Shown piece by piece: positions 50,081 through 61,824 of a DNA stretch of 64,000 bases; within the stretch, counting starts at the first letter, position 1, and every line of letters starts with the position of its first letter. Both the position numbers and the translations under genes were made by a program. The stretch is from positions 64,634,484 through 64,698,483 of the forward strand of contig NC_083408.1 of assembly GCF_020745735.1 (NCBI RefSeq), in the 5' to 3' direction. A model generated the notes under the pieces. That model had not been told where the DNA came from and did not search any database. It saw nothing but the letters and a program-made list of their open reading frames with translations. The DNA is from Hemiscyllium ocellatum. Taxonomy: Eukaryota.

Positions 50081-52033
50081 TATGCCCTATTGAGGAGCTG
50101 AGGAAGCTTGGTACTGTGCATTTGGCTCTGGCTACACTGCCTATATGAAACAGCATTCTTATCTGAATGAATACTAGTTGGAAAATGGGATGGCCTCAGG
50201 AGACTTCTGACCTCTCTGTATGATTCTTCTGGACAATACACTCCCCTCCTCCTCCATACTCTTTTTCTGCAATGTGCCCAAGATTATAAACTTGCTAATC
50301 ATAAAATCTCAACCTTATGAATGTACTGCAATGATGCCTACTGCTGAAGCTCCAAACCTAGAATGTGAGATGGTATCACTGACAATACTTGCTGCCCATA
50401 TGGTTATCTAAAATACAGGAAAGATCCCAGAGTTCCCAGGGTGTGAAGAGTACAGGTCAGAGCAGCCTTCCCATTTCTCTAACTGTGAAATCATAAACCT
50501 TTCTACTTTAAAATACTTCTATTAACATAATATACAGTACTGAAAAACATCACTAAATGTCAGAAGATTTGCGAGCTGCTCCCTTCTATTGATTTAGACT
50601 TAAGAGAAAAGAAAATACAATGTTAATATGCACCAACCAATCACCTTATGATGTTCTTGTCACAACGCAGTTTAATATTTTTCCTCCATGTTGTTTTCAA
50701 ACTCAAAGCCATTTTTCAAGCGGGCATAGCTACTGCTACCTAAGGTCATGTGTGACACCACCATTTCCTTCAGTGTCTCTCTCCTATCAATCTTATAAAG
50801 TCAATTTTCAACAGCGCATCTCTCCATGAAAACAGTATCATGTTCAAGTTAACTTTGGTCTGACAATTGGCATTGTCAAGATCACTCAATTTGGGAAATC
50901 TTACTGGTCACATGTTCGTCATGTGAGCGTCATCCACTGATTGTGGAATCAAACTTCAAGTGTGCATTGTGTACCATTGAAATATTGATAGGCTTTCCTA
51001 TTAATTAATCACTTAAAACAGTTAAGTAGTTATTAGAGAGAAGGGAACCTAGCATAGTTATGGTAGAAATGATTATGGATGCTTTGTTAATTATGTTCCA
51101 ACTTGTGTAAGTTTATCATGTCTACTGATAAGTGAAATGCTGATGGGAAGATAATCCTCCAAGGTGCAAAACTAATGGACAATTCATTAATCATGTTACT
51201 TTGCACTTTTGTGTTGGAAGTATTTTATGAGCTCTGTGAAAACTACAGGAAAGGTTTCTCAAATTCAAAATGAACACATCAAGGTATGTTGGTGAGTTTG
51301 AAGTCTGGTTAAGAGAATGAATATTGAAAGAGGGCGAAGACAGGAAACACTTCTTGGTTTGCAAGGCAAAAGCTTTGTATTTTCGTATATTTGTAAGCTA
51401 ATTAAGCCATTCCCCTCTAATTCTTATGTTTTTACATGTGGTGGAATAAAGAAGCTTAGCTTGAATGAAACTTCATGAATGTTAAATTAGTCCGTCTTTT
51501 GGCAAATTATGGGAAAACACAGAATACCAGTGCAGAACAAAAAGACTGGTGCACAACGTAGGAGCAAATTACTGCAGATGCTGGAATCTGTACAAAATGG
51601 TAGGTGTACAATATATTCCCCTTGTGGTCTGGACCAGCTGTCATTGCTATCCTCATAAATACAGGAAAGGGTGATTCAAATCTACTTCAAAAGCAGACCA
51701 TTTAAGGGAGCAACTGACCTAACGAAAGGCTATAAGCATATCTAAATTAATAACATTGGACAATACGAAAGTCTTTGCTTGTACCTCCATGATATTTTCA
51801 GCAATCAGTAATGTCTTTTGTTGCAGTTTTCTTGCCGCATGTGGTATCTATTCAAATAGATATATTGAGTTGCAAAATGGACTGCACCAGCTCATAAATA
51901 ATTCATAGAAGCATACAGTAGCAAAGTACCAAGAATGCACAATTCAATAAGCAGTGTAAGTCTGAAAAGTGGCAATTTGCTGAGACTCAAATTACAGTAC
52001 CTCCAAATTCCAGTTACTGACCATCAGACAATA

Positions 52034-52252
52034 CAGGTTGTTCTGATATCACTTGCATTTCATCAATGTAAATTTGCTGTAACATGATTGACGAACTGGG
52101 GACGCTGTTTCTAAAACACGAACTTTTAAAGCATGTATTGGCTGTAATGCAATTACATTGCCAACACTTTAAACATTGTTTCGAAAGAATGATTTTTCAA
52201 TAATGCAGCGGTGCACAAGAATGCAACCATCGCATTATAGAAGAACTGACTG
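52034..52252. mobile_element. Tc1/mariner (Tigger/pogo-type) MITE
   Basis: Imperfect TIRs ta|caggttgttctgatatcac and cgcattatagaagaactgactg|ca. Confidence 0.5.
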
Positions 52253-52265
52253 CAACAACTGATTA

Positions 52266-53050
52266 GGAGAAAGTGAGGACTGCAGATGCTGGAGATCGGA
52301 GTCAAAGAGTGTGCTGCTTGAAAAGCACTGCCGGTCAGGCAGCATCCGAGGAGCAGGAGAATCAACATTTCGTGCAAAAGCCCTTCATCAGGAATAAGGC
52401 TTGTGGGCCAAGGGGGCTCAGAGATAAATGGGAGGGGGTGGGGCTTGGGAGGAAGGTAGCTGGGAATGCGATAGGTAGATGAAGTTGGTGGTAAAGGTGT
52501 TACGCGGGTGAGGAGGGTGGAGCGGATAGGTGGGAAGGAAAATGGATGGGTAGGACAGGTCAAGAGGGAGGTGCCAAGTTGGAAGGTTTGATCTGGGATA
52601 AGGTGGAGGGAGGAGAAATGAGGAAACTGGGGAAATCCACATTGATCCCGTATGGTTGGAGGGTCCCGAGGTAAAAGGTGAGGCATTCTTCCTCCAGGGT
52701 GGTAAGGGCTTGGCGATGGAGGAGGCTCAGGACTTGCATGTCCTTGGCGGAGTGGGAAGAGGAGCTAAAGTGTTCGGCCACGGGGCAATGGGGTTGTTTT
52801 GTGCATGCGTCACTGAGATATTCTCTGAAACGTTCCACAAGTTGGCATCCTGTCTCCCCAGTGTAGAGGCGACCCCGTCGAGTGCAATGGATAGAGTAGA
52901 CCACACACCCCCACCAACCAGTCCTCCATTCCCAGCACCTTCCCCTGCCACCACAAGAATTGCAAAACCTGCACCTACACTGTCCCCATTACCTCCATCC
53001 AAGGCCCCAAAGGATCCTTGTGCATCCATCAGAGATTTACCTATATTCCC
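52266..53050 (-). mobile_element. Neptune-type PLE with an inverted 5' segment (52900-53050 on +)
   Basis: Minus-strand VYSIHCTRRGRLYTGETG..ERFREY; the adjacent upstream part (FPCHHKNCKTC) is in the opposite orientation. Confidence 0.85.
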
Positions 53051-53166
53051 AACATCTGACCTGTTTGTGTATCCAGAATATCTATAAATATTTTCTAATC
53101 GACCTATTGAGAGATCTTATCAAACACATAGAAATTATCTGGATCAGCCATACAAGTATTCAGTGA

Positions 53167-53282
53167 GGCTCTTGTGGTTACAGTGGTAGTGTTCCTACTT
53201 CTGAGCTAAGAGACCTAGGTTAAAATCCCACTTACTGCAATGGTGTGTAATAACATCTCTGAGCAGGTCTGTTAGAAAATAT
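53167..53282 (+). mobile_element. short tRNA-derived SINE
   Basis: Same family as 41307-41425. Confidence 0.65.
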
Positions 53283-55985
53283 TGCTACAGTTAAAAATAA
53301 ATTAAAACAGTACTGATATTAAGAATAGTCACTCTCAGCCAACCTCTACAATTCGATTCCTTTCTCTATATTTGACAAAGGTAATCTTATGGTCCCATTT
53401 TTTAATATTAGAAACATGCATGGTGCCTAGAATTAATTTGCTTTCACATAGTCTTCTGGCACTTCAATGTTACATGATATATTGTGTAGAAGTACCTATT
53501 CCTATAAATTCTTTTCCAAATGCAAAATTTATTCATCTGTTGTACCTTTGTGATAAAGATGCCTGTAATCAGACCTTCTATGGATTGCACGTCGTCATAT
53601 ATTTATCCATGTAAATATATCTCTAAAAAATTCTGACAGATTCAATTTCACCTGTTTTCTAGAGTGGGCTGTATAATTGGAAAGTTAGAAACTACAAACC
53701 CTAAACTTTCATCTTGGTATTCTCCTGAACAGTCAAAGCAGGACATTCTTTGAAGAGACACAATTGAAGTAACAGAGAATGACAAATTAGGAAGTCTAAC
53801 AAAATGAAGTGGGGGGGGGGTGTGGTGATGAGGAGACGGCCCACAAAATTAACATGCACATATTCAAATTGATACAGAGAGCCATAGACTTTGTGCTACC
53901 TGCTAATTATGACTGTGAAGTGAAGCCCTGCTATTAATGCACTGTTGGGTGGTATTGGTTTAGTGTTACTTTAAACTGCTCTATATTCTCAAAGCTAGTC
54001 TGTGTCTCTTAACTAAATGCATGCTGGCTCCAGAAGGGTGGAAACTGAATAAGATTTAAAGCCCAAGAGGATACTACAAAAATGGCAGAATGGTCCTGAG
54101 AGAGGGCAAATTACCCAAATGATATTCTGGAGGTTTTGGTGCAAAAATACAGAAGGAGATCTCTCCACACAGATACTGAGAACGCAATGCAATCAGATTA
54201 CTATTGTGGTTCATGCAACAGTCTATTCCCGATGATCTAGATGCAATGCCAAAATAAGCCTCATATGAGGAATCGAGGTTGATGACTGGAGTTTCAAGTG
54301 CCATATCATTACAAATGAACTTCTTATAAATATTCATGATCAACCATGACTTATACCACCTATCATAGCCTCGCATCATCCTTACACACTTAGCATTGCT
54401 ACAAGTCTCAATCCCACATCTTAGCACATGCTAGCAGTTGAAACATAACAGGCATCTCTGTAAAAACACATTGCACTACTCTTACTGATACACTGCCTAA
54501 TCCTACTTCATTCGCATCACACCATCTCTTATCTACAGATATGCACCTCTTGCAGTCCCCACTTCCCTCACCTTGCCTCCCTTTGATTTAAGGTACCAAG
54601 GCCCAGTATGTGGGATGGGAATCTGAAGGCCGAGATGAAGGAGAGAGTGACGAGGTAAAAACATCATCACATGATCTGACACAGACAGCCCCAAACTCAG
54701 ATTCTGGCACTATACATAACTTCAAGGTGAGATAGTGTGAGTTACTGCGCAGACGCGACTGCTGCCAAAACAGAAGGAAAAGGTTGCATGCAGACAAGCT
54801 TCATGGAGGATGAGGTCATACAGAGGACTCAGCCAAGGATATTAACATTGTGACATGGGTCACAGCACAGTAAACAGCCAACAGGCGTGAACACAGAAAC
54901 ACAAGGTGCATTGACAAATAGCTCACTGTCACTGTCAAAGACCATAGTGGAGTTCAGCTCCAACTCAAGACATAGAGCTTAGCAATCATCTTGTCTAGCA
55001 TGGAAGTGGTGTATATCTCCTAGTGAACACTTATAATGTTGACCATGATGTCTGGTGGTCAATGTGTCAACTTCCAATGCAGCACAGCCAGAAAGCTGAG
55101 CAATACTGTGAAACCTTAAACTGATATCATGAAATCTCAAATTGTCCCCTTGGAAATTCAATGTTCAAAGGGATGTTTAAGTTCTCAAAACAGCACAGTA
55201 ATCTTTTCTCTGGCAGGTTACTCTGATTCCTGAGGCGTTAACCTATGGAAATGACAGTGGCCCCTGGGGAGCTCAGACCTATTGTCCTTTATCAGAAGTG
55301 TAACATCTGTGTTCCCAGGCCCACCACTCTGCCAGTGCCCTTGCTATTGCATGTCAACTGTCCAGCCTACGTAAGTGGCATTAATGCAATACAAGGCCTA
55401 ATGCTATTCAGGATCCTTGTGCAAGGCCATATTCAGTCTCCTCCACTGGAAGTCAGCAGCTTTCCATCAGCATTAGAAGCCACTGGTGTCACACCACCGT
55501 GAGTGCAAAGAAAAGCAAAAGCACCACAAGGCAGCACATACTAGAATGCAAAATTAGTTGAATTTTGTTTGGATTATCAGATGCTTTGTTAAATAATGTT
55601 AATTTGGAACAGTTGTTTATGGTGGCTTGTATTTCATAAATTAGACAAAGAGAATGTTGTGATTGTCCCTAAATGTCAAACTATGAAGTTGATTATGGAG
55701 TAAATTGAAAATTCAATTTGTAACATAGACCCTTGCAAAAGAGGTACAAAGGCCAGTAATAGATTTTGTGAATGTTCAGATGTGTGCCTTAGCAATTTCA
55801 GGTTATGTTGTGCACTGACCTTTCTTCTCCTTCTTGAGCAGGCATTTATGAGAAAATATTGAAGTTTTTGACAAAAAGAGTCAAAAATGCATGGAATAAA
55901 TTCCCTTAAGAGTTAATGGAACAAGAGAAAATAGTAGGTTCCAAGAAGGAACTGTACAGATTCTTGTCAATAGACAATAGACAAT

Positions 55986-56080
55986 ATTCCTGATGAAGGG
56001 CTTTTGCCTGAAACGTCGATTTTGCTGCTCCTTGGATGCTGCCTGAACTGCTGTGCTCTTCCAGCACCACTAATCCAGAA
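55986..56080 (+). mobile_element. PLE terminal repeat inserted into a CR1 (AGACAAT)n tail
   Basis: Flanked on both sides by aatagacaata. Confidence 0.8.
55990..56017 (+). ncRNA. minimal hammerhead ribozyme motif
   Basis: CUGAUGA-A-GGGC-UUUU-GCCU-GAAAC-GUC; G-U at the base of stem II. Confidence 0.65.
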
Positions 56081-56081
56081 A

Positions 56082-56355
56082 ATAGACAATAGGTGCAGGA
56101 GTAGGCCATTCTGCCCTTCGAGCCAGCACCACCATTCATTATGATCATGGCTGATCATCCTCAATCAGTATCCTGTTCCTGCCTTATCCCCATAATCCTT
56201 GATTCCACTATCCTTAAGAGCTTTATCCAACTCTTTCTTGAAAGTATCCAGAGACTTGGCCTCCACAGCCTTCTGGGGCAGAGAATTCCATACACCCACC
56301 ACTCTCTGAGTAAAGAGGTTTCTCCTCAACTCTGTTCTAAGTGGCCTACCCCTCA
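56082..56355 (-). mobile_element. young CR1 3' end
   Basis: RRNLFTQRVVGVWNSLPQKAVEAKSLDTFKKELDK. Confidence 0.9.
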
Positions 56356-58365
56356 TGAAACGAATTCAGGCTTATTAGAAATGCATCGAGGGAGCTTTGC
56401 ACTTGGTGGAATAATTGGATCAAAGGGTTTGTACTCTCATATCCACAGAAAAAAAGACCTGAAAATATTGAACATTAGTTTCCTTGGACTACTGAAGGAA
56501 ACACTCAGCTAGGATTCTCTTTCTTGGCACAATAATGACTCAGCTGGAAAATGAATTCATACGTTTGTGAAGTGAGAACGCCATTGGGCTGAGCTGTGTT
56601 GTCCTTGTTACAACAAAGTGAAGAGGGATGAATTGGCTTCCCTCTTTTCAATCATCCTATTTTGCCACAATAAAAAATTTTATGCTCTTTTAGCACAGGC
56701 CATTCGCCAATTAAAATTTGCAAATTAATTTCTACTGCAGCAGTAAGGAGCCAATTACAGGGTCTACTTGAGTGAAAGCAGGAATAATTTTATTACCTTC
56801 TAACCCTCAGGAAAATATAATAAATGTATGATGTCAAGTATATTGTTTTCAGGCAGTCACACACATACTCAGGCATACAAAGTTAAAGTGGGACCGTGTT
56901 CAGTACTAAAAGGAAGATGAAAGAATATATATTTTAGAATCTTTTAGGTCTCCTTGTGGTGTCAGGTTTTAACCTGAGACCATGTTGTTGTGTGATTATC
57001 TTAGACCATTCGTGGCAGTGAATATTGCAGTTCACAGCGTTCCAAATCCATGCTATCACTAGGTACTGTTTCTTTTAAAGAGAGAGAGAATTCCCTGCCT
57101 GTGTACAGTACTGCATCCTTTGTTTAATCTCTCTTATTGCCAAAGAAGCCTCCTGAAATATATGTTCGGTTGTGTATTCTGTCTGTTGAAGTTATGTTTT
57201 TAGGCTTGTTAATTATAGGCAAGATTCCATCTCCAACATGTGTACATTTTTGTAAACTGTAAAAGGAGATGAGAGCCTTTTCATGCCACCCCTAGGGGCT
57301 TGCTGGCTGGTTTTGTTGCCTTTGGATTAAAAGTTAATTTCAGCTCAGTTGTCTCACTTAATCCATGTTGAAAGTTTTACACTTGACTACTTATATAGTC
57401 AGGTGATGCCTGAGCCCATTTTAAGTCAGTGTTTTCTGGTTTACTTTTAAAACCACTTCAGGCAATGAAGACCCAAGTATTAAAATCAGACAACAATGTG
57501 AAATTCAATAATCCATATTTTATATCATCACAATACTTCCATTCCAGGGAACGAGCAACACAAATCACACACCTCCATTTTATTTCCACCAAGTGTTTGT
57601 TACAAGGTCAAAATGAAACAAAAGACAAAAATGGTGCCACAGCACACACATCTATTGCATTTACCTTCTCTGTCTTAACCTTGAGTTACAAATAGGCTCT
57701 GGGAGTGCCTATTGACTTGTTCACTTAGTTGTGCTGCATGCAACAGACTTAATCCTCTCACTGCCCTGTTCCATTCTTACAAGTTTGATTTCCAGAAGAC
57801 CAGTGGGTGGTAATTTGATGTTTACCACCTGTTGGGATCTGGACTTGCATCCTGCACTTTATTCTCATTGAATTTCACAGCAACCCGATTGGATTGGTTT
57901 CGTTCCTTTGATTTCACTGGTACACTCCTGGCAGTCTCCACTCTCCTTTTCCTTTTGTTTCATGAACAGGGTTTTGCTATGAACCCATTCCACTTTCCCA
58001 GGAAACTACTGTCATTATGTGGATATTCCATCTCTCTTATACAGCCTTGAAGCTCTTCCACAATGTGAGACTTCACCTTCACTTTCTTCTGGTGTATCTG
58101 AAACTTCCTCTGAGCCTTCTTTAAATTTACCATAACGTATCCATTAACCAGATCTCAAGCCTCTGTTCTGTCATCTTCCCTCAACCGCCACCCCCCCATC
58201 CCCCCCACCCCGCCATGCTTTCTTGCCATTTTTTAAGGCTACTGGCATACCTCTAACCCCTTTAACATCTTCAGGTCCTAATCTGGTTCTTTCTGATGCA
58301 GCTGGCTTAACGTCAGGCTAATTCAAGCAAACCTCACTGAGCCACCTCCACAACTCACAGACTTA

Positions 58366-58472
58366 GGACTCTTGTGTACAGTGGGACATCTGAGCCAGGA
58401 GGCCCAAGCTCAAGTCCCACTTGCTCCAGGAGAGTGGAATAACACCTCTGAACAGGTCAACTAAAAAATATC
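58366..58472 (+). mobile_element. short tRNA-derived SINE
   Basis: Same family as 41307-41425. Confidence 0.6.
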
Positions 58473-58590
58473 AACACTCACAGATTCTATAGCTATCTGT
58501 GGGGCTCTCAAAGCTTTCTTAGTTCCCTGCCTCTCTGCTGCTTAATTCAAACGACTCTTCTTGAGCCATATTAAACCTAGATTCCACTGC

Positions 58591-58711
58591 GAGAAAGTGA
58601 TAACTTCAGATACTGGAGATCAGAGTCAAGAGAGTGATGCTGGAAAAGCATAGCAAGACAGGCAGCATTCAAGGAGCAGGAGAATCGACATTTCGGGTAT
58701 AAGCCCTTCAT
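58591..58711 (-). mobile_element. solo PLE terminal repeat
   Basis: TSD ctagattc(c/t)actgc at 58577-58590 and 58712-58725; truncated within the hammerhead core. Confidence 0.8.
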
Positions 58712-58912
58712 CTAGATTCTACTGCCTTTTGTAGCACATCTGAAGATGTCTCAGTTCCCTGCCTCTCTGCCACTTCTTGCTGGCTTTCATCAGCCTTTCT
58801 GCCCTTTCTGGTCTGTCGTTTTCCCTTTGAGGGCAAAACTTGCTACTGGTAATGTCGTTCCACAAAAAATGTCTCTCCTTGGCGTTAACAAGCTTGGGAC
58901 TACACCCATTGT

Positions 58913-59956
58913 AGGCAAAAGTGAGGACAGCAGATGCTGGAGATTAGAGTCAAGAGTGTGCTGCTGAAAAAGCACAGCAGTTCAGGCAGCATCTGAGGAG
59001 CAGGAAAATCAATGTTTCGGGGAAAAACTCTTTGTCAGGAATGAGGCTGGGAGCCTCGGGGGTGGAAAGATAAATGGAAGAGGGGTGCGGCTGGCAGAAG
59101 GTAGCTGAGAGTGTAATAGGTGGATGGAGGTGGGGGTAAAGGTGATAGGTCAGTGGGGGAGGGTGGCGTGGATAAGTGGGAAGGAAGATAGACAGATGAG
59201 ACAGGTCATGAGGATGGTGCTGAAGGTTGGAACTGAGGTAAAATAGGGTGAGGGGAAATGAAGAAACTGGTGAAATCCACGTTGATGCCATGGGATTGGA
59301 GGGTCCTGAGGCAGAATATCAATGTGGATTTCACCATTTTCTTCATTTCCCCTCACTCTAGTTTTGGATTGGATTCCCTCCAGTATGGAAAGAGGCCCTT
59401 CGGTCCAAAGAGTAACCCTCCTAGACCCATTCCCCATATTTACACCTGACTAATGCATCTAACACTATGGGCAATTTAATATGGCCAATTCACCTAACCT
59501 GCGCATCTTTGGATTGTGGAAAGAAACTGGAGCACCCGGAGGAAGCCCACACAGACGTGGGGAGAATGTGCAAACTCCACACAGAGTCTGAGGCAGGAAT
59601 CAAACCCAGGTCTCTGGTGCTGTGAGGCAATGGTGCTAACCACTGAGCCACCATGCCGCTCTTCCAGCTTCCCGTTCCAAACTTCCATCTCAGCACTGTC
59701 CTCATGGCCTATCTCATCCATCCATCATTCTTCCCACATATCCGCTCCACCCCCACAACCTATCACCTTTACTCCCATTTCCATCCACCTTTTGCACTCT
59801 CAACTACCTTCCCCCCAGCCCCACCCCCTCCCACTTATCTCTCCATCCCCAAGGCTCCCAGCCTCATTCCGGATGAAGAGCTTTTGCCCGAAACGTCAAT
59901 TTTCCTGCTCCTCGGATGCTGCGTAACCTGCTGTGCTTTTCCAGCACCACAGTCTT
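58913..59956. mobile_element. large fold-back PLE (inverted terminal copies) with a nested HE1
   Basis: 58913-59310 is mirrored by 59320-59358 plus 59660-59956; TSD gactaca(c/t)ccat(t/c)gt at 58898-58912 and 59957-59971. Confidence 0.85.
59362..59660 (-). mobile_element. HE1 SINE
   Basis: HE1 head, core and tail. Confidence 0.85.
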
Positions 59957-60574
59957 GACTACATCCATCGTTATCAGGTAACACATTCACCCTATAGGTA
60001 AATTTTTGCCAGTGGCAACCCCATATCCTTCCAATGAATCCTTTTATCAGCACACTCGGATTTAATATTTTTCTAGATTATAGAAATTTCATTTTCTCTC
60101 AAAAGCAAGGTTTGTGATTATCTGCTGTCTCTTAAAAAATGTTAGTTTCACTTTCTGGCTGTTTAAAATTATAAATGTTTACCATTCCTTTGAAATGAAA
60201 CTCCTGACTGCAATCCCGATTAATAGTTATGGCTGAACTGACACTGGCCATGTTTAATATTGCAGACAACTAGCCTTGTCACTTGATTTCTATGGGAATT
60301 CTGAACTAACAATTTTCTATTACTTGATCCAGTTCATCTGAATCCCTTTTTTTAATGGTCAGAGACTATTCTGCTTTCTCTCCCTGGATTCTTTTTCCAT
60401 CTAGCTTGTCTCAGGCCCATTTACCTCTTCCATATCTCTTTCTCTCTCTCTGTCTCTGGTCTGTGAAGATTTTGGATCACAATCTGACTAGTTTAATAGG
60501 TCTGTGTATTCATTCCGAATAGACAGCCAGAATTGCTACCTGTCTGAGTCCAGTTACCCTCAGTTCCTCAACAT

Positions 60575-61013
60575 AGTGTCATAGAGTCAATGATATGTGC
60601 AGCACAGAAACAGACACTTCATTCTAACTTATCCATGCCAATCAGCTCACCTAAATTAATCTAATCCCATTTGCCAGTATTTGGCACATATCCCTCCAAA
60701 CTATTCTTATTCCTATACTCATCCAGATGCCTTTTAAATGTTGTAATTGTACTAGACTCCACCATTTCGTCCAGCAGTTTACTCAACACACAGGCACTAC
60801 CCTCTGCATGAAAAAGTTGCCCCTTAGGTCCCCTTTAAATCTTTCCCCTTTCACCTTGAAACTATGCTGTCTCGTTTTGGACTCCCCATCCTGGGGAAAA
60901 GATCTTGATTATTTATCCTATCCATGCCCCTCATGATTTTATAAATCTCTACAGGGACATTCCTCATTCTCCAACGCTCCAGAGAAAATAGTCCCACCCT
61001 ATTCAGCCTCTCC
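60575..61013 (-). mobile_element. CR1/HER1 3' fragment
   Basis: Colinear with 33585-34210. Confidence 0.85.
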
Positions 61014-61299
61014 ATGTCTCCACATCAGCTTCTTCACATGAGTGAAGATCGGAAAGGGCAGGGAATCTTTGAACTCCTCCAGGAGAATTATCTCATGAAG
61101 GTTTTCATAGGTGACCATAATTTTAAATGGTTGTACACACCAGTCACGAGTGAACTGCTTAAGCCATTCAAATTCTATTTACAGTACATTTGGTTAGGCC
61201 ATTTCCTGAGGCACATAATTTTTGCCAGTTCACTTCTGGCACTAAATGGCACACATTTAAAATAAGCTCTTTCATTGTCTCATACTTGGTTGTACTCAC

Positions 61300-61347
61300 T
61301 TCAGGCCAGAGGAAATAATCTTTGTGTGCTTTTCCGGTCAGCTGAAT
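61300..61347 (-). CDS. candidate 48-nt symmetric exon (IQLTGKAHKDYFLWPE)
   Basis: Strong acceptor atacttctgttgcag| and strong donor GAA|gtgagt; only frame 0 open. Confidence 0.4.
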
Positions 61348-61824
61348 CTGCAACAGAAGTATCCACTGTTGGACTGGTCACTTGACTTGTTTTGCTAACC
61401 ATTCAGAAGAGATAAAGATAGTGTCCACTTCGTCTTCATCAAACAAAAGGATTAAACTGATTAATTTAAATATCTTGGCTCTTAAGTCTGAGTTAGGGTA
61501 GTTTCCTATCCAGATATAATTTTATTGGGCACGTTGGGATTTCTGCCCCACGCTCAGCTTGAACTGTTTTAATTTAAACTCCATTTCTCATTTTTCTTTC
61601 ACAAAATTTTCTCTTTTCTTTCCATTCCTGCCTCTCTCTTTTTCTTGGTCTCAGTCTTTCCTTTTTTCCATTCCTAGGATTCTTTTTCCAATTTTTTTCT
61701 GTTGGAATTGTATTCTAATATCAAGTTTAATGGAGAGCTCTTCTCTTTCCAACCTCCTCAGTAGGCCAAAATAGATTTGCATTCTCTTTAGCACAAGGCT
61801 ATGCCCCTTGCCAATTAAAATGTA

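Noticed and set aside
54074-55600. 117-aa ORF and neighbouring sequence, possibly the 3' part of a Harbinger Myb gene
   Set aside because: Too decayed to support with specific motifs
56563-56603. 41-nt phase 0 to 2 segment (DNTAQPNGVLTSQ) that would link exon 61347-61300 to 40345-40300
   Set aside because: Rare AAG acceptor and weak donor; chosen only because the phases fit
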